Positions 18,609-27,746 of a stretch of 64,000 nucleotides of DNA are shown piece after piece. Position 1 is the stretch's first letter; every line of letters begins with the position of its first letter. The notes beneath the pieces were generated by a model. That model made no database searches and had not been told where the DNA came from. It saw nothing but the letters and a program-made list of their open reading frames with translations. The position numbers and the translations under genes were made by a program. The DNA is from Polyangiaceae bacterium. GTDB taxonomy: Bacteria; Myxococcota_A; Polyangia; Polyangiales; Polyangiaceae. The stretch spans positions 1 to 64,000 of the forward strand of contig JBILLK010000019.1 in the NCBI GenBank assembly GCA_044376115.1, read 5' to 3'.

Positions 18609-19670
18609 ATGCCGCTGCCGCGAGCTTGGTACCTCGAGGAGGCGCACTTCGCGCGGGAGCTGCGCATGCTCCAGCAGCGCTGGCTAATGGCAGGTCACAG
18701 CTCGGACCTCAAGCTACCGGGCGCCTACGTTTGTATGCAGCTCGCGGGTCGTCGGATCGTGGTCGTGCGTACGGCAAAGCTCGAGCTAGCGGCCTTCTTC
18801 GACGGCTGTTTGCATCGTCGTACGGCGCTCTTTGACGAAGGTTGTGGTCGCAAGCCCGACCTCACCATCAGCTGCCCCTATCACGGGCTGCGCTTTGCGC
18901 TCGACGGTGTGGTGGACAGCTCGATGGCGGCAGCCTTTCACTTGGAGGTAGGCGCTCGACTGCCTCCGTTGCGGGTCGCTGAGCGTTGGGGGTTCGTATT
19001 TGTTGCGCCCAGCGATGCTCTCGACTTCGACCGCGCGGTCGGGCCTGTGCCGCCTTGGCTCGAGCGCGCCGAACTCTCCTTACTACGCCGCGGGCGCGCA
19101 CAGACGTACGACGTTCAGGCCAATTGGAAGCTGTGCGTACAGAACTTTCAGGAGAGCCATCACTTCCGCTGGGTGCACCCGGCGCTCGAGCGACTCAGCC
19201 CGGCGGGTGCGTCGACCAGCATCTCCCTCGGGGGCCAGTTCCTGGGCGGAACGATGGAACTGGCTGAACGGGTAGAGACGGTTTCAAACAACGGCCAACG
19301 TGAAGGGCGACCGTTCTTGGCTGCAGCGGGCGATCGGCGCACCGTCTTCGACGCCCTGCTTTTCCCCTGCTGGATGACGAGTCTGCAACCCGACTACCTG
19401 CTTTCGTATCGGATCGAGCCGCGTGCCGCGGGTCAGACCCGGATCTGCGCCGAGATCTATTTCCACAGCGCAGCGTTTCATAAGGCTTTCTCGCCGAGCG
19501 CCGTCTATGAGTTTTGGGATCGCACCAACGCGGAGGACCGACGAATCGTGGAGTTGCAGCAGCTGGGCTTGGCGGGCGCGCCGTTCGAACCAGGCCCTTA
19601 TGTTCCCTCGGAAGATGGCGTGGTCGCGTTCGATGCGCTGCTCGAGCGTGCGCTCGCGGAGGCGCTGTGA
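18609..19670 (+). CDS. Rieske non-heme iron oxygenase alpha subunit (choline monooxygenase/GbcA-like group)
   Basis: Rieske motif CLH-x-CPYHG, catalytic ANWK..NFQESHHFRWVH and distal EDRRIVELQQLG. Confidence 0.88.
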   Translation: MPLPRAWYLEEAHFARELRMLQQRWLMAGHSSDLKLPGAYVCMQLAGRRIVVVRTAKLELAAFFDGCLHRRTALFDEGCGRKPDLTISCPYHGLRFALDGVVDSSMAAAFHLEVGARLPPLRVAERWGFVFVAPSDALDFDRAVGPVPPWLERAELSLLRRGRAQTYDVQANWKLCVQNFQESHHFRWVHPALERLSPAGASTSISLGGQFLGGTMELAERVETVSNNGQREGRPFLAAAGDRRTVFDALLFPCWMTSLQPDYLLSYRIEPRAAGQTRICAEIYFHSAAFHKAFSPSAVYEFWDRTNAEDRRIVELQQLGLAGAPFEPGPYVPSEDGVVAFDALLERALAEAL

Positions 19671-20530
19671 GCGATCGTCATGAGCCGCTGATTGGCATCT
19701 TCGGTGCGCCCTTCGTCGATCTCGAGCACCTCGTCACGGCCGAGGCGCTGGCCGAGGTGGACGCAGAGATCACGCGCGGCCTTTCGCTCGTGGAGTGCGG
19801 CTTCACCGGTGGAACGCTGAAGTGGATGGGCGTCGTTGCGCCTTGGGCTCGCCGCGATGCATACCGCGATGCAATGGAGGTGATTCGCGAACTCGAGGCT
19901 TCGGAGTACGCGACGTTCTTGGAGCTGGCCGCCGACCCTTTGAAGCCGGAGGACGCGCCGCAGGCCGAGAGCAGCTTCGGCGATGAGACCGACCGCCCGT
20001 TCTCCCTCGCGCAAATGCGTTGGCTCAGCTACCGGCACGGCGTCTACTTTCCGTGGCGAGTTTGTTACCACTTCCTCGAGAACGAGCGCTGGGAGGACAA
20101 GCACAGCGGCGAGGGGAAGAGCTTCTCGGAGGAGGCGCGCGAGGTCTTCCCGAAGACCGTGGCGTTGCTCGAGAGCCTCCCGTTTCTCGAGATTGGGCGG
20201 GCCGTTTTGTTCGGGCTCGAGCCCAACGACCACGCACCGCTTCATCGGGATACCGAGCCAGGTCGCTCGCTCTCTGTCGCTCAATCGATCTCGATCGCGC
20301 CGCGCGGTGAGAAGCGCTTCTTTCTTCAGAACGCCGCCGAGGACCCGCCGCACGTCGTCGACAAGCGCGTCTATTGGTTCAACGACATGGACTATCACGG
20401 CGTGCTGGCCGATCCATTTTTCCGCTATTCGATCCGCGTGGACGGCGTGTTCGAGCCGAGCTTTCTGCAGGAGCTCGAGCGCTCTGCCAAGCCGCGCTCT
20501 GGCGTACGCAGGACGCTGCCTCCTCGCTAG
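19667..20530 (+). CDS. putative Fe(II)/2OG-type (AspH-like) dioxygenase, paralog A
   Basis: GTG overlapping the upstream TGA; HRD...YWFNDMDYHGV...RYSIRVDG motif; clear paralog of 22697-23515. Confidence 0.7.
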   Translation: MSDRHEPLIGIFGAPFVDLEHLVTAEALAEVDAEITRGLSLVECGFTGGTLKWMGVVAPWARRDAYRDAMEVIRELEASEYATFLELAADPLKPEDAPQAESSFGDETDRPFSLAQMRWLSYRHGVYFPWRVCYHFLENERWEDKHSGEGKSFSEEAREVFPKTVALLESLPFLEIGRAVLFGLEPNDHAPLHRDTEPGRSLSVAQSISIAPRGEKRFFLQNAAEDPPHVVDKRVYWFNDMDYHGVLADPFFRYSIRVDGVFEPSFLQELERSAKPRSGVRRTLPPR

Positions 20531-21786
20531 CTGCGAGCTGGGTCGATGAACACGGGCACGCTTAGCGCCGAGCCATCGGTGGCGCCGACCTGTTTGCGCA
20601 CGTAGAGCCCTCGTGGTTCGCCCGCTACGATGAACACCCCGAAGTTGGTCGATCGCCCTTCGGCATCGAGCTCCGCGTCGAAGTGGCGTTGGGCGATCCA
20701 ACGACCCGACTGAGCCAGGCTCAGACAGCGCTCCCACTCGTCCGGCGGCGTCGTTTTGCCGATCACCACCTCGTCGCCTTCAGCGCCGTAGTCCGACTTG
20801 ATCACCCACTCCTCGCGCTTGGCGGTGAGTAGCGCTGGATGCAGCGTCTCGAGCCGGCTGGTCATCGGTACGAGGCGACGAATCACCTCCTGCGAAGCGA
20901 CCGAGAAGCGATGGATGTGCTCCCACATCAAAGCCATCGTGCGTTTGTTCTGAGGCACGACAGCCCCAAACGGGTTGATGGTGACCGTCTTGCGCTCGAC
21001 CTGGGCGCGCAAGGCGACTTTGAGCGGACGCTCGAGCGGCGCCGTGTCGAGCAGCTCCTCATCGCGCCAAGCCGAAGCTCGCTCGCTCCACCAGTCGGTC
21101 TTGTAGTGGCGCAAGAGCACGCTGACCGGCTCCGAGAACACGCGCACGGTGGCGTCCTCCTCGGTGCTGCGCAGGTTGTAGGGTGAGCCCAACGCAACCT
21201 CGTAACCTGCTTGTTCGAGCCAGCGGCGATAGAGCTTGATCAGCGAGAGGTCCTCGGTGAACTCGGTCGGGTAGATGATCCCGACGGTACGAGGGCCAGA
21301 GCTACCAACCACGCTCTCGCGCAGCCGCTCGAGCATCTCGATGAAGGCCTGCTGAAGTCCGGCGTTGGGATCGAGTAGGCCCGCCGGCTCGCTCGGCTTG
21401 GCGAGTTGCGAAAGCACCGTCGCTTCAGCCTCCCCGGTGGGAGTGTCACAGTTGAGCTCGGCTATCTGCAGCCCTTCATCGGTGAAGAAGACGTCGGCCC
21501 GGGCCAAGCCGTGCCACAGCGGTCGCGAGACCTCGAACATGACCTTCTGCACCTGGGTCAGGCCGAAGAAGTCGTCGAGCAGCTCTGGATCCTCCGCCAC
21601 GACCTGTACGGCCTCGTCGTAGACGGCAGCGATGCTCTTGGCTGCATCGGCCAGCGCCTTGGCTTGACCGGACGAGAGAATGACCGGCTCACGTTCGAAG
21701 CGCGGCTCACCGTCCACCCACGGATCGGCGATCAAGCCGGTTGCAACGAGCTCGTTCGCGAAGCTCGAGTAGGCGTTCTCAGCCAT
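20527..21786 (-). CDS. glutathionylspermidine synthase family ATP-grasp ligase (synthetase domain only)
   Basis: ARADVFF, AELNCDTPTG (cf. EYNADTPT), PQNKRTMA, WVIKSDYGAEG; no N-terminal CHAP amidase domain. Confidence 0.85.
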   Translation of the reverse strand: MAENAYSSFANELVATGLIADPWVDGEPRFEREPVILSSGQAKALADAAKSIAAVYDEAVQVVAEDPELLDDFFGLTQVQKVMFEVSRPLWHGLARADVFFTDEGLQIAELNCDTPTGEAEATVLSQLAKPSEPAGLLDPNAGLQQAFIEMLERLRESVVGSSGPRTVGIIYPTEFTEDLSLIKLYRRWLEQAGYEVALGSPYNLRSTEEDATVRVFSEPVSVLLRHYKTDWWSERASAWRDEELLDTAPLERPLKVALRAQVERKTVTINPFGAVVPQNKRTMALMWEHIHRFSVASQEVIRRLVPMTSRLETLHPALLTAKREEWVIKSDYGAEGDEVVIGKTTPPDEWERCLSLAQSGRWIAQRHFDAELDAEGRSTNFGVFIVAGEPRGLYVRKQVGATDGSALSVPVFIDPARS

Positions 21787-21792
21787 CTGTAA

Positions 21793-22638
21793 TCAAGCCA
21801 AAAAGCCGATGGCCAAGGCCGTTCCGACGTACGCGCTGGCCTCGAGCGCAGCTGCTCCAACGTTGCGGTCCACGCCGATGGCTTGATCGAGCGCGCCGCC
21901 GCGAAGGGTGGGTCGGGCACCGAGGATCAGCCCTTGGACGATCAACTGGCGCACAGGAAAGAGCACCAAGGCGACTCCCACCAAAGCGCCAAAGCCCTGC
22001 AACGCCGAAGGCCAATCCACGAAATCTCCGTCGAGCGCCCGAGCCACGATCAGCGCCACCGCGATCGAGATGCCACCGTAGGAAATCGCGGCGGCAGCGT
22101 TTTCGCCGTCGATCTGTTCGGCGTCATCGTAGGTGGTGAGCGCGCGGAACATACCGACGATCAGCTGCTGTGCGACCTCGGCCAGGGCGAAGAACGCGAG
22201 CGAGAGGCCGATGCCGCGCAAGTCCGAGCCGGCCACGGCCTTGGCCGTGATGATGCCAGTCGCCGCATAGTGAAGCCCTGCAGCGAGCCCAGCAGCCTCA
22301 TTGCCGCGCGCGATCGATGCGCGCAGCCGGCGGTGAAGCAGCAGCGAGGTGCCGATCACCCCGGTGATCTCGATCAGCACGAAACCGAGCGCCGCAAAGC
22401 CGGCGCACCACAGCGCGTTGGTCGCCACCTCGTCCGAGTGGACGCAGTTCTTGACTACGCCGGCGCTGACCAGCGCGAGCGCCAAGATGACGCCGGCCTC
22501 GGCCAGGATGGTCGCTCGATTTTCGCCGAGCAAGCCTTGGCCGTCGCGATGTCGAAGCAGCGGTCCGAGCAGCCGGTGGAGCACCAACATCGCTAGGAAC
22601 GTCGCGCTGAAGAACGCGGCGGTGGTGAGCGAACTCAT
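21793..22638 (-). CDS. DUF350 family membrane protein (repeated DUF350 units)
   Basis: Multi-TM with repeated IARGNEAAG, IDGENAAAA and IGVDRNVGAA motifs characteristic of DUF350; directly upstream of the GSP-synthase gene. Confidence 0.8.
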   Translation of the reverse strand: MSSLTTAAFFSATFLAMLVLHRLLGPLLRHRDGQGLLGENRATILAEAGVILALALVSAGVVKNCVHSDEVATNALWCAGFAALGFVLIEITGVIGTSLLLHRRLRASIARGNEAAGLAAGLHYAATGIITAKAVAGSDLRGIGLSLAFFALAEVAQQLIVGMFRALTTYDDAEQIDGENAAAAISYGGISIAVALIVARALDGDFVDWPSALQGFGALVGVALVLFPVRQLIVQGLILGARPTLRGGALDQAIGVDRNVGAAALEASAYVGTALAIGFLA

Positions 22639-22696
22639 CGGCGCAAGCTATCGCTTTCGGTTGCATACGGGAAGGGAAGGGGGCCATCCTTCGTGC

Positions 22697-23515
22697 GTGC
22701 TCGGGCTATTTGGTAAGCCATTCATCGATCTGTCGCCGTTGCTCCCGAGCGAGCCGTTGGCGGAGTTGCATGAGGAGATTTGCCTAGGCCTTGCGCAGGT
22801 TCCGCTCGACTACACCGGCGGCAGCCATCGTTCGATGGGCATCATGCCGGCGGCTCGCAGTGAGGAGGCCATCGCCGACTACGGTGAGGTGATCCGCGCG
22901 ATGACCGCGGCCGAGTTTGAAACCTTCCGTTCGCTCGCCGAGCGGCCCGAGTCGATCGCGCCGCAGGCGCAGTTCGAGTCTTCGTTCGGCGAAGAGCGCG
23001 CCATCCCGCTTTCGCGTCGGCAGATGATGTGGCTACAAATTCGTTTTGGCGTGTACTTCCCATGGAAGGGCTACGTCGAGCTGATCCCCAATCGCAGCTG
23101 GGAGGGTAAGGCCGATCCAAACGGCAAGCGCTTTACACGCCTGGCCCTGAGCTTCTTTCCCAAGACCGTTCAGTTCGTGAAGAGCCTGCCCTTCGAGCAC
23201 ATTGGCCGCTGCAACATCATGGGCGTATTCGGCAATGACTACGGCACGGTGCATCGCGATGGTGACCCTGCGGAGCAGGAAGCACCGGATGAGTTCATCA
23301 CCTTTTGTCCGAACGGTGACAAGCGACTGTTCCTCTACGATGCAGAGCGGGCGCTTGAGCTTCCGATCGATTCGCGTTTCTATTGGTTCAACGACTTCGA
23401 CTATCACGGGGTCGAGCGAGCACCTCACTTCCGCTACTCGGTGCGAGTGGACGGCGTGTTTACCGCGGAGTTCCGCGAACGGATCATGAAGCAAGTCGAG
23501 CAGGTAACCTCGTGA
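22697..23515 (+). CDS. putative Fe(II)/2OG-type (AspH-like) dioxygenase, paralog B
   Basis: GTG start after a GGAAGG-rich RBS; HRD...YWFNDFDYHGV...RYSVRVDG; colinear with paralog A. Confidence 0.7.
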   Translation: MLGLFGKPFIDLSPLLPSEPLAELHEEICLGLAQVPLDYTGGSHRSMGIMPAARSEEAIADYGEVIRAMTAAEFETFRSLAERPESIAPQAQFESSFGEERAIPLSRRQMMWLQIRFGVYFPWKGYVELIPNRSWEGKADPNGKRFTRLALSFFPKTVQFVKSLPFEHIGRCNIMGVFGNDYGTVHRDGDPAEQEAPDEFITFCPNGDKRLFLYDAERALELPIDSRFYWFNDFDYHGVERAPHFRYSVRVDGVFTAEFRERIMKQVEQVTS

Positions 23516-24804
23516 GCACGCACAACCCGTTCGTGCCGGACAACGGCGTCAGCAAGCCGGGCATCATCGGGGCGCGTTGGTGGAACGCCGCGCTCGAAGA
23601 AACGACCGTCTATCCGCGCCGTTCCATGCTCTCGACCGGTCTTTGGGTTGGCGGCGGCTTGGCGCTCAGCGCGTTGTGGGTCTGGTCCTGGACGGGCACC
23701 GCCAGCGACGACGAAGAGGGCACCGAGCAGTGGAAGACCTCGCTCGAGATCCAGCGAGACTACGGCTGGAACTTTGGTGCCGTGAGCGAGACCGTGGCCT
23801 TCGACACGCTCTACACTCAGACCTACGCGCGCGAAGCGCTGGCCACGCTGGAGAAGGATCTGGCGCCCACCAATCCGATGCACCGGTCGATGTATGTTCC
23901 GACGCTGTTCCAATCGCCGGAGGCGCTGCCGCGCTTGGCCCCACCTGATCCGGCGGGTCCACGCATCAAGCCGCTCGCCGAGGCGCTGAAGCCGATCCGT
24001 ACGCCCGAGATGGACGCGATGGAGAAGGTCGGGCTGGCTTACGCAGAGCTCGTGAGCAAGTCGAGCGCGCCGTGGGCGACGCTGGTGGATATGCCGGGGC
24101 CGCTCGCCGTAGCGTTTGCGGCCGGCGCCGCAGCCCTGCTCGACCCGGTGTTCTTGTTCGATAACTGGCCGCACCCCAAGGGCGTCGTGCCGTCTCACTT
24201 GGCGCTGGCCGCGGCCACCTACTACCAGCCGGCCTTTCGCGAGAAGGCGAAGTTGCGGGCCAACATCGCACCGGCTCTGTTCGTGATCGATCGCACGCGG
24301 CTCAGCTCCTACACCGATGACGTGTCGCAGTTCGACAATCGCTATGTGGCGAAGTTACCGAGCTCGCTAGTCGCCGATTCGGCCGCGAAGTCACTGGTGT
24401 ACGTGGTGAAGACCGACGCTGACCTGCCGGAGGACGTGGACCTCAACAGCGCCTTTGTCGCGACGCGCAGCGTGCGCGCGCTCGCGGCGTCCGCGTTTGC
24501 GCCGGAGAAGGAAGGTGGTCCGATGCTTTTTGGTGGCAATCAGCAAACGCACCAAACGTTTGGCAAGCGCTACCCGGTGTTGGACCCAACCGCACTCCCA
24601 GCAGATTTGCCTGCCGTAAGTGCGAACAGCCGCGCCGACCGGTACAAGCCCACGCCGCGGGAGGAGGCGCCCAAGAAGCATTTGGACGCGCCTGGCATTG
24701 GCTACGTTCCGGTCGTGGTCGCGCTCGGTACCGGCCTGATCATCGGCTCGAGGTTCAATCGCTCCGGCTCGTGGAATCGAACGTACTCCGGTGGAGGAGG
24801 CTGA
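23512..24804 (+). CDS. hypothetical membrane/exported protein with RR-hydrophobic N-terminus and Gly-rich C-terminal tail
   Basis: GTG overlapping the upstream TGA; PRRSML followed by a hydrophobic helix; second hydrophobic segment then RSGSWNRTYSGGGG-stop. Confidence 0.75.
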   Translation: MSTHNPFVPDNGVSKPGIIGARWWNAALEETTVYPRRSMLSTGLWVGGGLALSALWVWSWTGTASDDEEGTEQWKTSLEIQRDYGWNFGAVSETVAFDTLYTQTYAREALATLEKDLAPTNPMHRSMYVPTLFQSPEALPRLAPPDPAGPRIKPLAEALKPIRTPEMDAMEKVGLAYAELVSKSSAPWATLVDMPGPLAVAFAAGAAALLDPVFLFDNWPHPKGVVPSHLALAAATYYQPAFREKAKLRANIAPALFVIDRTRLSSYTDDVSQFDNRYVAKLPSSLVADSAAKSLVYVVKTDADLPEDVDLNSAFVATRSVRALAASAFAPEKEGGPMLFGGNQQTHQTFGKRYPVLDPTALPADLPAVSANSRADRYKPTPREEAPKKHLDAPGIGYVPVVVALGTGLIIGSRFNRSGSWNRTYSGGGG

Positions 24805-24805
24805 C

Positions 24806-25375
24806 ATGGCAGCGCGCTCGATCTTCGCCTTGGAGCTGGCCGTCGGCTTTTCTCCTGAGCTGCACGAGACGTTGCGTTCGTTGCTCAGTCGCTCGATGCA
24901 ACCGCTCAACTTCCAGAACAAATGGGCGCTTTACGATCAAGCCAGCCGCTGCTTGAGGGCGCATCAACACGCTTGGTACGCGGGCTGTTGGGACTTCTTC
25001 GATGAAGACGCGCGCGCGCGCTCCGACTTCAACATGTGGGTGCAAGGCATGTTGACCGAGGAGGGCGCACGGCCCACGCCGTCTCCTCCGGCTGATCCGT
25101 ATCGCGGAGACGCTCGTTATCTGACGTTTACGATGGCGGTGCTGATGGTGAACGGCAGCCCGAGTGAGCGCAATGTCGCGGCCGCGGTGGACATCCCCGA
25201 GGGGAGGCTGTGGTTGCGCGAGACGTTCCATCACGTGCTGAACGCCACGCGCCTTTTCAACTTCGCCTCGGTGGAAGGCAGCACGATGTACCTGATCCCG
25301 AACGATCCGGGCTACGCGCTCACGGCGGAAGATCTGCGTCACCCGAAGTTCCAATACCTGCGTCAGATCGTCTGA
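24806..25375 (+). CDS. hypothetical protein, DUF1517-like
   Basis: GGAGG RBS; pattern LRAHQHAW..ARSDFN..YLTFTMAV..YLIPNDPGYALTAEDL resembles DUF1517 (by eye). Confidence 0.6.
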   Translation: MAARSIFALELAVGFSPELHETLRSLLSRSMQPLNFQNKWALYDQASRCLRAHQHAWYAGCWDFFDEDARARSDFNMWVQGMLTEEGARPTPSPPADPYRGDARYLTFTMAVLMVNGSPSERNVAAAVDIPEGRLWLRETFHHVLNATRLFNFASVEGSTMYLIPNDPGYALTAEDLRHPKFQYLRQIV

Positions 25376-25452
25376 TCGTCAGGGCCTCGTTGCGAGCCAA
25401 GCCCACGCAAAGGCCGCGTGCAAGGTGGCCGTTTTGCTCTACCATTGGCGGC

Positions 25453-26478
25453 ATGCTTTCTTCTGGCTCGCGTTACCGCTTCGTGTTGCTCGTGGGTCTC
25501 GCCTCCTGCCGACAAGCGTGCGGCCTTCCGTTGGCTGATGGAGCGAGCGGAGGTGCTGGGGCGAACGCCGGGGGTGGCGGAGCGAATGTGGACGGCGGCG
25601 GTGGAGCGGGGGCAGGAGCTTCGAACACCTCGACGAGCAGCTCGAACGGTGGGGAAGGCGGAATGAGTACATCGCTCTGCAATGACTCAAATCCGTGGTG
25701 CACCGAGCTAGATAACCAGGAGTCGCTGTTGCTGGCGGGTTGTGAAGGAGAAGCCGGTGCAGGAGGAGGAGACCCGAGTGGCGGCCAATGCGTGTTTAGC
25801 GGCGGCCAGCTCAGAATTACCCCCGACGCGAATACAGGCTTCTGGGACGGCGGAGAGTCAACGTTCGTCCACTTTCAGGGAGGCCAGCAAAGCGATTCGT
25901 TTCTGGCTCACACTGTTGTCGATGTAGAAAACCTTGGCAACCCCTTTACTTTAGCTGGTTTGGTCGTCCGCGATTCTGGCTGCCCAGTGACCCAAGGTAT
26001 GGAGGCCGACTGCAACACCTGGTTCAAAGCGGAAGTTGGAGGCTTTAGCGCTGTCAATGGGTACCCAAATACATTGGACGCAGCCAATGGGCTTCGTTGG
26101 GCGCTTCACAACGGATCGACTGATTCACCACCACCGGACAACTTCGAGGAGCCACCTGGGGACGGAAACGTCAGCGACGCTATTCTGCCTGAACCTGGCC
26201 CATACCAGGTAGCTATCTGCGCCTTAAAGGAAGGACCCAACTTCCAGGTGGCAGGTGTGGCGCGAGCAAGCGGTGGGTCTTGGCAAAGCATCACATTGCG
26301 CGACCTCCTCCTGGTGCCTTCGCTTGAGGTCGGGTTGGTCGCAGCGACGTCGTCCGTCTCCAACCCTCCCTTCACAGCCAGCTTCGACTACTTTGTTATC
26401 CAGCCGATTGCCTCGGACATCACCGACCCCGAGGATCGCTGCGACGCCGCGTTCAACAGTATCCCGCCCCTCCCCTAA
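25453..26478 (+). CDS. putative lipoprotein with Gly-rich linker and beta-sandwich (ConA-like) domain
   Basis: LASC lipobox, Gly-rich linker, beta-rich C-terminus (AGLVVRD, EVGLVAA, ASFDYF). Confidence 0.65.
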   Translation: MLSSGSRYRFVLLVGLASCRQACGLPLADGASGGAGANAGGGGANVDGGGGAGAGASNTSTSSSNGGEGGMSTSLCNDSNPWCTELDNQESLLLAGCEGEAGAGGGDPSGGQCVFSGGQLRITPDANTGFWDGGESTFVHFQGGQQSDSFLAHTVVDVENLGNPFTLAGLVVRDSGCPVTQGMEADCNTWFKAEVGGFSAVNGYPNTLDAANGLRWALHNGSTDSPPPDNFEEPPGDGNVSDAILPEPGPYQVAICALKEGPNFQVAGVARASGGSWQSITLRDLLLVPSLEVGLVAATSSVSNPPFTASFDYFVIQPIASDITDPEDRCDAAFNSIPPLP

Positions 26479-26585
26479 CGCGCCTGCCTCGGCGTTGGGC
26501 CCAGCTTGTCGCGGTACTTCGGCGTCCCTCGTTGCCCACGGCGGTGCTGCCCAAAGCGGTGCTGGCGGGCTACGCTCCGCGTCCC

Positions 26586-27746
26586 ATGCAACGAGCCCTT
26601 TGCCGCGTGTTTCTCGCTTGTTGGCCGCTGTTCATCGCGGGCTGTGTCGGCGGTACGTCATCGGCTGCAGGGACGGAGGGCGACAGCAGCGGTGGGGCCG
26701 GAGGCGCCGGCGGAAGTACGAGCCCCGTGAACAGCTGTACGCCTCAAGACTGCACCAACTTCGACAACGACGATCCGGCCTGCGGTTATCCCGAGCCGGG
26801 CCAACTTGGAGCAGGGCCGTCGATCCTCGGGGACTCGCCTGAGGTGCTGTCCGGGTTTCTCGAGGGGACGCAGCTCTTCTTCATCGCCGATGCTGGAGCG
26901 AACGAGAGCATGGCGGTCTTCTCGGTGGACGTGACCACCGGTGACCGCACGTTCATTTCGGGTGCGATCGAAGACCCAGCGAACGGCACCATGACGCGCG
27001 GTAGCGGCCCGGCCGTGCTTTCGGCGCGCGACCTCGCTCGCGGTCCCGACGGTCTCTACCTGTACAACGAGCCGGAGCTCATTCGCGTAGATGAGGCCAC
27101 TGGCGAGCGCACGGTGGTTTGGTCGAACGTGGAGGACGGTTGCATCGTAGTCGGTAACAAAGCGCAGCTTCGCAGTGAGCTCGAGTTCGACAGCGATGGC
27201 AGTCTGTTGATGCTTGGTTTCGGCGAGGCCGCTTCCATTTTGCGCATCGATTTAAGCACCGGGAGCTGTACCACCGTATCCCTAGCGCTGCCCAAGGGCG
27301 ACGCGAATCAGGTGGGGAGCGGACCGGATTTCTACGACTATCGCTCGCTCTCGCTGAACCTCGACAGCGGCAAGCTCTACACCAGCAACTTCACCAACCA
27401 ATCTCTGATCGAGATTGACCTCTCGACCGGAGACCGCATTCGCAAGAGCTCCTCCAGCGGGTCGACGGGTGTCGGTGAAGGGCCCGCTACCGGCACTCAG
27501 TCGATTCTCGCGGCACAGACCGTGGTTTACGCCGCGCGCGGCTCCGCCTCGAGCTCCGAGGTGGTAACCAAGATCGATCTGGCGACTGGGGATCGCGAGG
27601 CGATTCTTCCGTTCAATGGGCCCGTTAGCAACGTGTCGGAGCCGTGGCTCTACGGCGAGATCGACGGCTGCTTCTACCTGGGACGTGGCGGGCGAATCTA
27701 CGCGTTTCACGCCGGGAGCAAGAACTCGAACATCGTCTCGTACTGA
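26586..27746 (+). CDS. beta-propeller lipoprotein
   Basis: IAGC lipobox; repeated blade motif (V/I)D(V/L/E)xTG(D/E)R about five times. Confidence 0.75.
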   Translation: MQRALCRVFLACWPLFIAGCVGGTSSAAGTEGDSSGGAGGAGGSTSPVNSCTPQDCTNFDNDDPACGYPEPGQLGAGPSILGDSPEVLSGFLEGTQLFFIADAGANESMAVFSVDVTTGDRTFISGAIEDPANGTMTRGSGPAVLSARDLARGPDGLYLYNEPELIRVDEATGERTVVWSNVEDGCIVVGNKAQLRSELEFDSDGSLLMLGFGEAASILRIDLSTGSCTTVSLALPKGDANQVGSGPDFYDYRSLSLNLDSGKLYTSNFTNQSLIEIDLSTGDRIRKSSSSGSTGVGEGPATGTQSILAAQTVVYAARGSASSSEVVTKIDLATGDREAILPFNGPVSNVSEPWLYGEIDGCFYLGRGGRIYAFHAGSKNSNIVSY

